A DNA stretch of 64,000 nucleotides from NCBI GenBank assembly GCA_041660565.1, contig JBAZWC010000002.1, forward strand, positions 149,520-213,519, in the 5' to 3' direction. The stretch is from Patescibacteria group bacterium (GTDB lineage Bacteria; Patescibacteriota; UBA1384; CAJBMM01). Position numbers and translations under genes: made by a program. The notes under the pieces were generated by a model. The model was not told where the DNA came from, made no database searches, and saw nothing but the letters and a program-made list of their open reading frames with translations. Shown piece after piece: positions 56,265 to 64,000 of this stretch (position 1 is the first letter of the stretch; each line of letters begins with the position of its first letter).

Positions 56265-57518
56265 TTACTCGTAGGTTGGGGTGGTTAAGCTAATCGACAT
56301 TAATTGATTGCCAACAGTAAACATCACCCGATCGTCGTTTGGAATAGTAATCAAATTGTCGGGAGAAAAATCAATTCCGCTTGGCTTAGTGTATTGATAA
56401 TCTGTAACCGTGCCGTCAAGCGTCACATTGACCAGTTTTTGTCCGGTTGCGCTTGAAGTAACGGCAATGATCGATTTGCTACTATTCACCCAGGCAATTT
56501 TGGATACGCCGGATAGTTCTACGTTCAATGGTATAACACCACTGCCGTCAGATTTGGCCACCCACAGCAAGTTAGATGTTCCCCCGCTGGAAGTAGTGCC
56601 CGGAGCAACGTAAGCGACGTACTGGCCGTTTGGACTCCATTTTGCCCCTTCAACATCGCCCTCGGTGGTTAGACGGGTCATTTTTTGGGCAAAAATATCG
56701 TAAACATACAAATAGTTGGTTTTGGTCTGGGTGCTGTTTGATTTAAGGAAGATCTGCTGCCCGTCCGGTGACCAGGTAATAGTGGGGTGATCGATGTTGT
56801 CGATGGTCAAATTGTAAACGCGACGCAAGTTAGCGTTTTGGACATCGGACAAGATTAAAGTTTGCTCGCCATTGGTGCCGTAATAGGTGTATGCTGCTTG
56901 AATGGAGCTTGGCGACCACGCAAAATCATCAATATTGGTGCCCCATAAAGTGAGAGTTTGATTTAGTAAATCGTGGCGGGCAAAATCATATAAATACACC
57001 CCGTCTGCCTTTTTCATTAGCGCTACCGCTCCGTCCGGGCGCATTTGCACTTTGGAAATATCGGTGAGGCTGTCTGGAGTAAGCGCTACTACGTTAACGG
57101 CGGTCTGGCCGGTGACGGTTTGAGTGCGGTATAGGGTGTGCCCCAAATTTCCGACAAAATAGACGTCGCTTTTATCTAGCAACTTAGGCGAATTGGTGAC
57201 CGACGCGCTAAGCACTACCGGTGTGGGGATGTTTTTCATTAGCACGGGTAGCACCAGCTTTTGAGCGCGGGTTAAGGTGATTTTTTTCTGATAGGTTACG
57301 TATCCGTCGGCGGTTAGTTTGACCAAATGATCGCCAACCGTGGTAGTGATGGAATGGCTGTGAATAACGGCGTTATCAAAAGTGATCTCGGCGTTGTCCG
57401 GGCTAGATTGAATGATCAGCTTGGGTGAACTTAAGACAAAAGTGTACAACAAAAGCGCTCCGGCCAAAACGGCCAGCGTGGCGATAATTCCGATTAATAA
57501 GGCTTTATGTGCTTTCAT
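56265..57518 (-). CDS. Membrane-anchored TolB-like (PD40) beta-propeller protein.
   Basis: 417 aa. N-terminal TM. Repeated 'WSPDGQQIFL', 'WSPNGQYVAYVAP' and 'WSPSSIQAAY' PD40-type blades. Confidence 0.5.
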   Translation of the reverse strand: MKAHKALLIGIIATLAVLAGALLLYTFVLSSPKLIIQSSPDNAEITFDNAVIHSHSITTTVGDHLVKLTADGYVTYQKKITLTRAQKLVLPVLMKNIPTPVVLSASVTNSPKLLDKSDVYFVGNLGHTLYRTQTVTGQTAVNVVALTPDSLTDISKVQMRPDGAVALMKKADGVYLYDFARHDLLNQTLTLWGTNIDDFAWSPSSIQAAYTYYGTNGEQTLILSDVQNANLRRVYNLTIDNIDHPTITWSPDGQQIFLKSNSTQTKTNYLYVYDIFAQKMTRLTTEGDVEGAKWSPNGQYVAYVAPGTTSSGGTSNLLWVAKSDGSGVIPLNVELSGVSKIAWVNSSKSIIAVTSSATGQKLVNVTLDGTVTDYQYTKPSGIDFSPDNLITIPNDDRVMFTVGNQLMSISLTTPTYE

Positions 57519-57525
57519 TCATCTC

Positions 57526-58269
57526 CTACGACCCCGACAATGATGGTAAGGGAGACGCAAAATTATCTCGGGTGCAACCATTCCCTACATATATTGTAGC
57601 ACCAGAAACGTTTAAGTCACCTAGGTCGCCATTGGTTGAATTAATATAGCTTGAGTCGCTGGTGGCGATGTCAAAGTGAAATGGATTGTTACCAAATTCA
57701 CTAAATGCTCCGGTATCTACTATCCGAAACTCAATTCCTTTGCCGTTTAATTTTGCGGCAACACCGGCTTTTTTCTCTAAATCCGGAATATATGCCTTGG
57801 TACCGTATTTGTAAGTATTAGTGCTACCCTTTAATGTCTCCAGGTTGGCGGCCAAGCCTGCGTAATTGCCCTCCTTGGCACTTGAATATTTGCCATTAAG
57901 ATAATCTTCAAGTTTGTGTACTACTACGCCGCGAGCATCATTTACCCCTCCTTCAATGCCGCCTTTGCCAGGAACATAGGTGGTTGCCTCTTTTAGCGTG
58001 ACGGCGTTGCAATCCGGGCCAACGTTGACTGTTCCGCCGGCGACAGTTGAATTGCCGGTTGGTTTATTCCACGTGCCGCTGGGGTTGTAAAAAACAGCAA
58101 AGATCACGCCAAACATGATCAACGGGATAGCAATGGCGGCCACGCCTAAAATAATCATCAGAATTTTGCGTCCGGATTTCTTTGGTGCAGGTTGTTGATT
58201 TTCAGTCTCGTCAGGCATATAAACATCCAAACAATTTTTAATTTTTAATTTTAAATGAAAGGTAGCCAA
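57526..58269 (-). CDS. Membrane-anchored protein with possible 3D/DPBB (lytic) domain.
   Basis: 247 aa. TM (ILMIILGVAAIAIPLIMFGVIFAV). C-terminal 'FRIVDTGAFSEFGNNPFHFDIATSD' resembles the Asp-rich 3D domain of MltA/YuiC-type hydrolases. Weak call. Confidence 0.3.
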   Translation of the reverse strand: MATFHLKLKIKNCLDVYMPDETENQQPAPKKSGRKILMIILGVAAIAIPLIMFGVIFAVFYNPSGTWNKPTGNSTVAGGTVNVGPDCNAVTLKEATTYVPGKGGIEGGVNDARGVVVHKLEDYLNGKYSSAKEGNYAGLAANLETLKGSTNTYKYGTKAYIPDLEKKAGVAAKLNGKGIEFRIVDTGAFSEFGNNPFHFDIATSDSSYINSTNGDLGDLNVSGATIYVGNGCTRDNFASPLPSLSGS

Positions 58270-58355
58270 TTTTTAAATGACTAAATAAGGAACCATTTTT
58301 AAAATTTAATCATTCGGTACTTATTCATTTAAAATTTAGCCTTTAAAATTTAAAA

Positions 58356-60149
58356 TTATTCTTGTACTTTCTGTTGATCCATAATTTCTTGTGGGTTGGT
58401 GGTGATAATTTGGTGCTCGTTATAACTGGCGATAATCTTAATGGCCACGTGTTCTTGACCGGCAAAGAACAGCCCTTCACCAATGTCTGATTCTAATAGC
58501 AGCATTTTCTCACCGTCGGTTAAGCCAAATATTTGACTGATTTTTTCGATTGATGAGGTGGATTGTTTGAGCAAAATCTGTAATGACGAGTTGGAAACCA
58601 CCGCCTTACCATATTGCCCTTGCAAAAAATCCTCAACGTCTTGGCTGATAATGGTTAATCCTAAGAAATATTTACGCGATCGCTTGGCTAATCCGTACAA
58701 AAATCGCGCCGAATCTTCGTATTGCATCATGGTCCACGCTTCATCCACCACCATAATACGCTTCTTAAAGTTAAGTCTAATTTGAGTCCAAATGTAGTTC
58801 AAAATCACATACATTGCTACCGGTCGTAACTGCTCTTCCAAATCGCGAATGGAAAACACCACAAAGCCCTCACCCAAAGCAAAGTTGGTTGGTTGATTAA
58901 ACAGGCCGGCATAGGTGCCCTCAGTATATTTGGAGAGGCGCTTGGTTAGCGAATCTGTGCCCGAAAGGTTGGCCAGCACCGAGACTAAATCGGACATTAC
59001 CGGCGGCTCGTTAGTTTGAGTTTTTGGATCAACGGTAATATCTTTGATGGCGTAGGTTTCATACAGCGCTTTGTCCAAAATCGAATCTTCCTCGGGAGTT
59101 AAGCCGCCAGTCATCAGTGAAATTAGACCGTGTAAATCGGTGATAGTCGAACGTAAAACATCGTCACCGGTTTGATCGTTGTCGGCGTGCGGTAAATCAA
59201 ACGGGTTAATGCGTTTTTCGGAATTCAGGCTAACCTCAAGATAACTGCCTCCTACTGCATCACACAGTGCTTTGTACTCGTTTTCCGGATCAACAATAAT
59301 GATGTCGGTGCCTAGCATTAGGCTGCGCAGCACCTCTAACTTGACCACGTATGATTTTCCGGCGCCCGCCTTGGCAAAGACCACCGAGTTGGCGTTTTCC
59401 AACTTAAACCGATCAAATAAAATTAACGAATTATTGTGACGGTTAACGCCATACAAAATGCCTTCGTTGCTGGTCAGTGTGGCGGTGGTAAAGGGGAAGG
59501 TGGTGGAAAGCGAACCGGTGTCTAGGTTGCGGGTGATGTTTAGTTGATCGTTGTGCAAGGGCAGTGAGGCGTTAAAACCCTGCTCCATCTGATAAAGCGC
59601 CTGTTTGGTGTAAATTAACATTCCGCCAAGCACCGATTCCAGCTGTCTGGTGATGGTTTTCAAATCTTCGCGTGATTTAGCGTAAATAGTGAAATATAAC
59701 GCGTAGTGAAATAGGCGAGATTCGCCTTTTTGTAACACATCGCGCAACTCTTCGATATCACCCACCGCTGTTTCTAATTCGGGATCTCGCACCATCCCTT
59801 TTTCCTGTTTGATGGTGACGGACGATGAAAGTTGCCCCAACTCTTTTTTAAGATCGGTCATTACATCTTTGGTATCAAGCGGATAAATGAACATCGAAAT
59901 GTCCATTGGGATATCGTAGTCAATGATGTTAGCCAGCCAGTTAGTCTCCAAATAACGCGGGTAAGTGTAGGTGAACAGGGTTTTGACAAACTGTTCGCCC
60001 AGTTGAATATCGTTTGGCGACACTACAAAAACCGACGGCGCAATAATATCTAGCACGCTCGCCATGCCCTCGGTAAAGACTTGCTGGGCATTGTTTTGAG
60101 CCGCAACTGCTTGCTTGTCTAGTTTAATTGGGTTTGGCGTGTCGGTCAT
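58356..60149 (-). CDS. VirB4/TraC/ConE-family type IV secretion ATPase, C-terminal (ATPase) part.
   Basis: 597 aa. Walker A 'AKAGAGKSY', 'IIVDPENEY', Walker B 'MVVDEAWT'. Its ATG overlaps the stop of the upstream ORF as ATGA. Confidence 0.75.
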   Translation of the reverse strand: MTDTPNPIKLDKQAVAAQNNAQQVFTEGMASVLDIIAPSVFVVSPNDIQLGEQFVKTLFTYTYPRYLETNWLANIIDYDIPMDISMFIYPLDTKDVMTDLKKELGQLSSSVTIKQEKGMVRDPELETAVGDIEELRDVLQKGESRLFHYALYFTIYAKSREDLKTITRQLESVLGGMLIYTKQALYQMEQGFNASLPLHNDQLNITRNLDTGSLSTTFPFTTATLTSNEGILYGVNRHNNSLILFDRFKLENANSVVFAKAGAGKSYVVKLEVLRSLMLGTDIIIVDPENEYKALCDAVGGSYLEVSLNSEKRINPFDLPHADNDQTGDDVLRSTITDLHGLISLMTGGLTPEEDSILDKALYETYAIKDITVDPKTQTNEPPVMSDLVSVLANLSGTDSLTKRLSKYTEGTYAGLFNQPTNFALGEGFVVFSIRDLEEQLRPVAMYVILNYIWTQIRLNFKKRIMVVDEAWTMMQYEDSARFLYGLAKRSRKYFLGLTIISQDVEDFLQGQYGKAVVSNSSLQILLKQSTSSIEKISQIFGLTDGEKMLLLESDIGEGLFFAGQEHVAIKIIASYNEHQIITTNPQEIMDQQKVQE

Positions 60150-60835
60150 GTTGTCTTGTTTTCAGTTGATATTATATTTTCGGTTAACTCGGTTGGTTGC
60201 TCAACACGCTCAGATGCGGCAATGTCAAAGTTATAAGTGTTATAAAGCGATCGAATGATACCATCGGAGTCTAAAACAGTAGTCTTCAATCCAAAAGATG
60301 CCAAGCCGCTGGCAACCACGTTGGCTCGCTGCATCAACTCTTCGCGATGAATGTTAAATTGTGATTCGCTAATTTTTAAGTAAGATGGCGCTTTGCTCTT
60401 AAACAATCCGGCAAAAAGTGATTTGCTGTCCTGCACCACCGGCGAATACGAAATCACCACAAAAAATTTTTTATCCATAATGTTAGCCACCGTAATTAGC
60501 TCGCGCACATAGGCGACGTAATCGGTAGTCTGAGTTTTAATCAGCTCATTTTTCTGCCCCACGGTAGTAGATTCAAGCTGTTTTAAGTACGGCTCCAAAT
60601 CTAACGAACGTGATTGCATTACAATCTGAATTGAGTAATTAAGAGAGTTCAAAAAGTTTTGATAGGCCATTATGAGGGCGTTTTGTTCTTGCTCAGATTT
60701 CAACATAAAGTTGGTTGAGCCAACAGAAATTATGGCACGATAAGATCCATCGTGCATAATTACTACCCCGTTTTCAACTCCAACCAGAGGAAGGTGAGAC
60801 TGGGTGCTGGCCGGTTTGGCAGTTTTTTCTGCCAT
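60146..60835 (-). CDS. VirB4-family ATPase, N-terminal domain as a separate ORF (split VirB4).
   Basis: 229 aa. 'LPLVGVENGVVIMHDGSYRAIISVGSTNFMLKSEQEQNALIMAYQNFLNSL' matches the N-terminal domain of Gram-positive-type VirB4 (Tn916 Orf16/ConE-like). The stop overlaps the next ORF's start, and combined length is 826 aa. Confidence 0.6.
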   Translation of the reverse strand: MAEKTAKPASTQSHLPLVGVENGVVIMHDGSYRAIISVGSTNFMLKSEQEQNALIMAYQNFLNSLNYSIQIVMQSRSLDLEPYLKQLESTTVGQKNELIKTQTTDYVAYVRELITVANIMDKKFFVVISYSPVVQDSKSLFAGLFKSKAPSYLKISESQFNIHREELMQRANVVASGLASFGLKTTVLDSDGIIRSLYNTYNFDIAASERVEQPTELTENIISTENKTT

Positions 60836-60991
60836 TACAAAACCCCTCCTGATTTAAGGATAACACAATTATTTAATCTTTGTAATTTTCCTTTTAATCG
60901 TGTCGAGGGCGGTCAAAATAAAAAAGCACTAAGCACTAAATTCTAAATCCGAAATAAATTCAAATTGTAAATTGTAAATTTCAAATTCGGT

Positions 60992-62440
60992 CTATATCGG
61001 CACGTATTCCGTGACCCAGGTGATAATCAGCGCTACCATTTGTATAATCGCTTTTTGAATATACTTAGCCATTAATTTTAGCGCATTACCGATAGTGTTA
61101 TTGAGAGCCGTATTAACTGCGTCAGAATTTATTGTATTCCCCTGTGATGTAAATAAACCTTTTTTTGTATCAATTTGGCATCCCCCGGTAGCTTGTGTCA
61201 TAGCAATTGTGCCGAAATCTAAATCCGCAGTTGTAGTGGTGCTTTCTTGGGCTGATGTAATGGTTAAGCTTTTCTTTCCTTCGAAATTATCACTCCCAAC
61301 GGCTTTGCAGGCGTAAAGAAACACGGTTTGTCCTTGCGGAACATAATTTAATTGTATCGCTTCAGTACCGGACCCTGGCCAGGAAATGGTAGCGTTATTA
61401 TCCTCGCCTTCTAATTGAGGTTGGGATGGGACATCGACATGAAAGGTGACTCGTCCATCAGCGATGTCAGGGATACTGGCTTTGATGTTAAACTTTGCCA
61501 AATGACCACTAAGAAACTGATATCCTGGCGAATTATCACCGTTTATTCCATAGTCGCCCATCCAAACGAGTGGGGTATCGCCAGATAGCGCAGTCCATAT
61601 CCCACCAAATGAAGGAAGTGTTGCGTAAATATTCCAGTAATTCGGGCCAGCGGCTGCAACACATCCCGAACTTGAACAAAACGCATAAGCGTCACGTCTA
61701 ACTGGGCTCCCTCCTGACACTGCATTTCCTAATGCGGTGTAACTTGTGATGTGTACAACGCCAATGAATGCATAAGCGGTGTCTGCTTTTGAATATCGGT
61801 AAAGTGTTTTATAGGTGCGTGGGTCAAGAAAATATGGGTCAAGATCTTGATAACCACTATCTGACGCGTGGATTAGTATCAAGTGGGATGCGTCAATAAC
61901 ATCAGTCGAATGGTTGTTGATGTAGTTTGATAAATCAGATTGATATGGGTCGCTTAGATTGCTGGTTTTCTGGGTTGCCTGACCATTAGAGTCAAGAAAA
62001 TACAAACCATACTTAATTGAAGTTGGCGTTGTAGTCGACAGTATTATTCCGATATTAGTATTGGATAATTGGTAAATCGGCCCCGAGAAAGTACCCCCAC
62101 TATTATTGTCAGCAGGGATACTCGATGTTTTACCAGTATTTTGAAATTGTGCGGTCGATTCGGTAACATTACCATTAACCGTTGAAAGATATCTGTCTGT
62201 GATTGTGTTTTGCCCGTTGCTGTAATAAAAGTAATGGCTGAAAACATTAGTGCCAGATGGGGTTGGAATATTTGGCGTGTCGGCGCGGGCGGAGAGCTGA
62301 TAAATTGTGTATCCAACCACAGCCAAGATCACCAAAACCACGCCCACATTGACGTAGTCAATCGAGCGCTTTGTTAGCCATTTTCTTAAAACTTTTTGGC
62401 GCATTATCTTTAGCTTAAGACAAAGCGTCATTAGTTGCAA
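60992..62440 (-). CDS. Secreted/bitopic hypothetical protein, first gene of the T4SS-like operon.
   Basis: 482-aa ORF. N-terminal TM (VGVVLVILAVVGYTIY), S/T/N/G/Y-rich body, C-terminal hydrophobic helix (IIQMVALIITWV). The probable start is an internal Met (MRQKV...). Confidence 0.35.
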   Translation of the reverse strand: MQLMTLCLKLKIMRQKVLRKWLTKRSIDYVNVGVVLVILAVVGYTIYQLSARADTPNIPTPSGTNVFSHYFYYSNGQNTITDRYLSTVNGNVTESTAQFQNTGKTSSIPADNNSGGTFSGPIYQLSNTNIGIILSTTTPTSIKYGLYFLDSNGQATQKTSNLSDPYQSDLSNYINNHSTDVIDASHLILIHASDSGYQDLDPYFLDPRTYKTLYRYSKADTAYAFIGVVHITSYTALGNAVSGGSPVRRDAYAFCSSSGCVAAAGPNYWNIYATLPSFGGIWTALSGDTPLVWMGDYGINGDNSPGYQFLSGHLAKFNIKASIPDIADGRVTFHVDVPSQPQLEGEDNNATISWPGSGTEAIQLNYVPQGQTVFLYACKAVGSDNFEGKKSLTITSAQESTTTTADLDFGTIAMTQATGGCQIDTKKGLFTSQGNTINSDAVNTALNNTIGNALKLMAKYIQKAIIQMVALIITWVTEYVPI

Positions 62441-62501
62441 TAAAATGCGAAGACCGCCGTATGGAAACGTCCACGCGGCGGTCTATTAGGCGGATGATAC
62501 T

Positions 62502-63041
62502 TCATGATTGTTCGTATCGCCGATCGACGACCTTGTTTGTCGCTGGATCAACGATTATATACAGCACCTCAAGCACGGTGTGCGGGTCAGCGGTGCGATA
62601 TACGTCATATGGTACCCACACAAGCCCGCCGACCACCTTGGAGTCCTGGGTTCTCGAGCGCCCACTGAACTTATCCAGTCCGAACTTGGATGTGCCGCCG
62701 GTCAGGAAATCGGATGGGCTGAGCAATGCAAGCGACTTAGCGAACTCGGACGACATGTACTGAGTCGCGGCGTCGAAGGCAGCGGTGTCGGCGTCGCCCC
62801 ACCTGACGTTGTTCATCATCGTGATGGCGGCTTGAATTGCTGGGAAGTACTGGCTGTTCGATCCGACCGGCTGGTCGAAAACGACTTGATTGGTCGTTGA
62901 TGGTGCAGTTGTCGTGCGTGGCATGAACATTACTGCTAGCACAAGCAACACCGCACCGATGCTGATCCCGCCGGCGGCTTGAAAGACCACGGGCGGAATG
63001 CGGGAGCTGCTGACGCTCCCATGAGGATGTGCGACGGACAT
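62502..63041 (-). CDS. Hypothetical membrane-anchored protein on a GC-rich island.
   Basis: 179-aa ORF. TM (ISIGAVLLVLAVMFM). GC-rich DNA bounded by AT-rich flanks. Confidence 0.3.
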   Translation of the reverse strand: MSVAHPHGSVSSSRIPPVVFQAAGGISIGAVLLVLAVMFMPRTTTAPSTTNQVVFDQPVGSNSQYFPAIQAAITMMNNVRWGDADTAAFDAATQYMSSEFAKSLALLSPSDFLTGGTSKFGLDKFSGRSRTQDSKVVGGLVWVPYDVYRTADPHTVLEVLYIIVDPATNKVVDRRYEQS

Positions 63042-63201
63042 TGTAGTTTCTCCTACCCACGCGAAGTGGGTCTGGTATGGGCGGTTAAGCCCGAAGTTGT
63101 GAATGGGGCACGTAGTGAAGCCCCTCGATTGATATATTAACTATACACTATTACGCTTGATTTGTCAATCACGCACATAGTATGATGAGCGTGAGAATAG
63201 C

Positions 63202-63789
63202 TTATTGATCTCCATAATTTGGATCGAGCTCGAGTGCGTGCTGATGGGCGGTTGCGGCAATATCAGCATTATTTTTGGCTTTTGCGACAGTTTCTAAAAG
63301 TGCCCAACCATCGCGAAACTGGGGCCAAACAGTGGTTAAATTCTGAGCACAAACCAACGCCAGTTCTGGTTGATTCTGGTTATAAATATTTTGGCAGACG
63401 GCCAGGGCTGTTGGGGGAGTTAGGGCGGTTAGGGATTTTTGACTGGTTTGATCAAATAAATCAATCATTTTGGTATTACCTTGATCAATATAGAATTGGC
63501 GCAGGGTCAGCACGTCTTTTTGTCCATCTCGCGCCGTTTTTATCAAGCTGATGGCTTTAGCGTCACTCATTTTGATCAGGCGAAGTTTTTGATAATCGGT
63601 GATCGCTTGGGAATAGTTACCATTTGAGAGCGCGTTGTTGCCCGCTTTCATAATTTCACGGTAGGCGTGATTTTTTAACGGCTGCACGGCCAGAATTAGC
63701 ATTAAAACCATGGTCCAATAAAAAACCGACCAACGTTTTTTGGTGGAGGTGGTTTTTTTAATTAGGGATTTTAGGGAGATTAGGGTCAT
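63202..63789 (-). CDS. Membrane-anchored TPR-like repeat protein.
   Basis: 195 aa. N-terminal TM (WSVFYWTMVLMLILAV). The C-terminus ends in a TPR-like '...ALELDPNYGDQ'. The start codon lies inside the G-rich dispersed repeat. Confidence 0.35.
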   Translation of the reverse strand: MTLISLKSLIKKTTSTKKRWSVFYWTMVLMLILAVQPLKNHAYREIMKAGNNALSNGNYSQAITDYQKLRLIKMSDAKAISLIKTARDGQKDVLTLRQFYIDQGNTKMIDLFDQTSQKSLTALTPPTALAVCQNIYNQNQPELALVCAQNLTTVWPQFRDGWALLETVAKAKNNADIAATAHQHALELDPNYGDQ

Positions 63790-63850
63790 AAGGGTAATTG
63801 GGGGTTCTTATGTTCCCCCAATATCCCCAATCACCCCAATGTCCCCAATT
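63762..63850. repeat. G-rich/C-rich palindromic intergenic element (same family).
   Basis: 'tagggattttagggagattagggtcataagggtaattggggg...cccccaatatccccaatcaccccaatgtccccaattgg'. The G-rich half encodes the first residues (MTLISLKSL) of the upstream TPR-like ORF. Confidence 0.7.
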
Positions 63851-63857
63851 GGTCCTA

Positions 63858-64000
63858 TTATTCTGGCCACTTGGCCGATATAAGCATTGGTTCGGTGACC
63901 AATTTTTGCTTACTCAGTTCTTGCCAGATTGCTTCGGTCACAAACGGCATAAACGGATGAATTAGTTTTAATGACGTGGTTAGCGTGGTCAATAACGCGA
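63858..64000 (-). CDS. valS: Class I aminoacyl-tRNA synthetase C-terminus, probably valyl-tRNA synthetase (partial).
   Basis: The minus-strand reading 'LIHPFMPFVTEAIWQEL...' matches the conserved 'LHPFMPFITEELWQ' motif of ValRS. The ORF continues beyond the window edge. Confidence 0.5.
   Translation of the reverse strand, partial: ALLTTLTTSLKLIHPFMPFVTEAIWQELSKQKLVTEPMLISAKWPE

Noticed and set aside
49268-56613. Short ORFs inside or antisense to the giant gene and its neighbours (49268-49453, 49901-50146, 52028-52240, 53025-53210, 54062-54331, 54570-54776, 55663-55848, 56410-56613), and the idea that the 5.8-kb ORF might be several genes.
   Set aside because: The 1933-codon frame is continuous, with a proper signal peptide at its start and no internal stops. 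The embedded frames are compositional artefacts.
1-64000. Searched for CRISPR arrays, rRNA genes, transposase or integrase genes, and restriction-modification systems.
   Set aside because: No regularly spaced direct repeats, no rRNA-like conserved blocks, and no DDE, tyrosine- or serine-recombinase motifs were seen in any frame. The two SAM methyltransferases lack DNA-MTase motifs (no DPPY/NPPY or PCQ), so they are not called restriction-modification components.

Overview
This 64-kb window is AT-rich (roughly 40% GC), gene-dense, and has short intergenic spacers. It looks like a Candidate Phyla Radiation (Patescibacteria) genome, possibly Saccharibacteria-like; that is an inference from gene content and composition, and no homology search was run. 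All product calls come from motifs I can read in the translations.

Layout, in order:
- 0.3-19.5 kb: a large cell-envelope glycosylation region. It has three GT2 polyprenyl-phosphate sugar transferases, two GT4 enzymes, GtrA, two O-antigen-ligase-like proteins, four large GT-C (ArnT/PMT-like) membrane glycosyltransferases (two sharing a 'WDExxYHLPEA' loop motif), and two SAM methyltransferases.
- 19.5-27.7 kb: a PilB/GspE type IV pilus ATPase convergent on a tandem array of five paralogous two-transmembrane small proteins. These resemble VirB2/T4SS pilins rather than type IV pilins. One copy carries a 270-aa Ser/Thr/Gly-rich extracellular extension. An orphan sugar-type solute-binding protein, GalU and Hsp20 follow.
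- 27.8-40.5 kb: an accessory stretch. It holds a ComF-like protein, a MazG-like plus NUDIX module that occurs twice, tRNA-Ser(GCT), tRNA-Arg, tRNA-Ser(TGA) and tRNA-Ser(CGA), an HNH nuclease, a GIY-YIG nuclease, patatin, a HAD nucleotidase, and a GH5-like hydrolase. A 112-bp perfect inverted repeat built from the tRNA-Ser 3' ends and their trailers brackets a 1.3-kb segment. Near tRNA-Ser(CGA) there are tRNA fragments and duplicated att-like segments.
- 41-48.9 kb: the replication-origin neighbourhood, with yidC-yidD-rnpA-rpmH on the minus strand and dnaA-dnaN-recF-DUF721 on the plus strand. Two GC-rich foreign-looking insertions interrupt it.
- 49-62.4 kb: a minus-strand operon resembling a Gram-positive-type type IV secretion module. 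It contains VirB4 split into two overlapping ORFs, a 3D-domain-like protein, a TolB-like beta-propeller, and a CHAP/NlpC-P60-like membrane hydrolase. It ends in a 1933-aa secreted giant protein. No VirD4 or relaxase is present in the window.

Five GC-rich islands (about 55-60% GC) each encode membrane-anchored or secreted proteins. One of them sits between rpmH and dnaA and is flanked by 36-bp direct repeats. They are the clearest horizontal-acquisition signal in the window.

Several dispersed intergenic repeat families are visible: G-rich/C-rich 'TTAGGG/TTGGGG...CCCCAAT' palindromic elements, a roughly 100-bp AT-rich element containing 'CGAAGCACGAAA', and 'AAATTTTAAATT' tracts.

My best candidate for a novel system is the bipartite T4SS-like apparatus: the pilin-paralog array together with the VirB4/hydrolase/giant-protein operon. 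Dedicated GT-C glycosyltransferases encoded alongside are a plausible tie-in.
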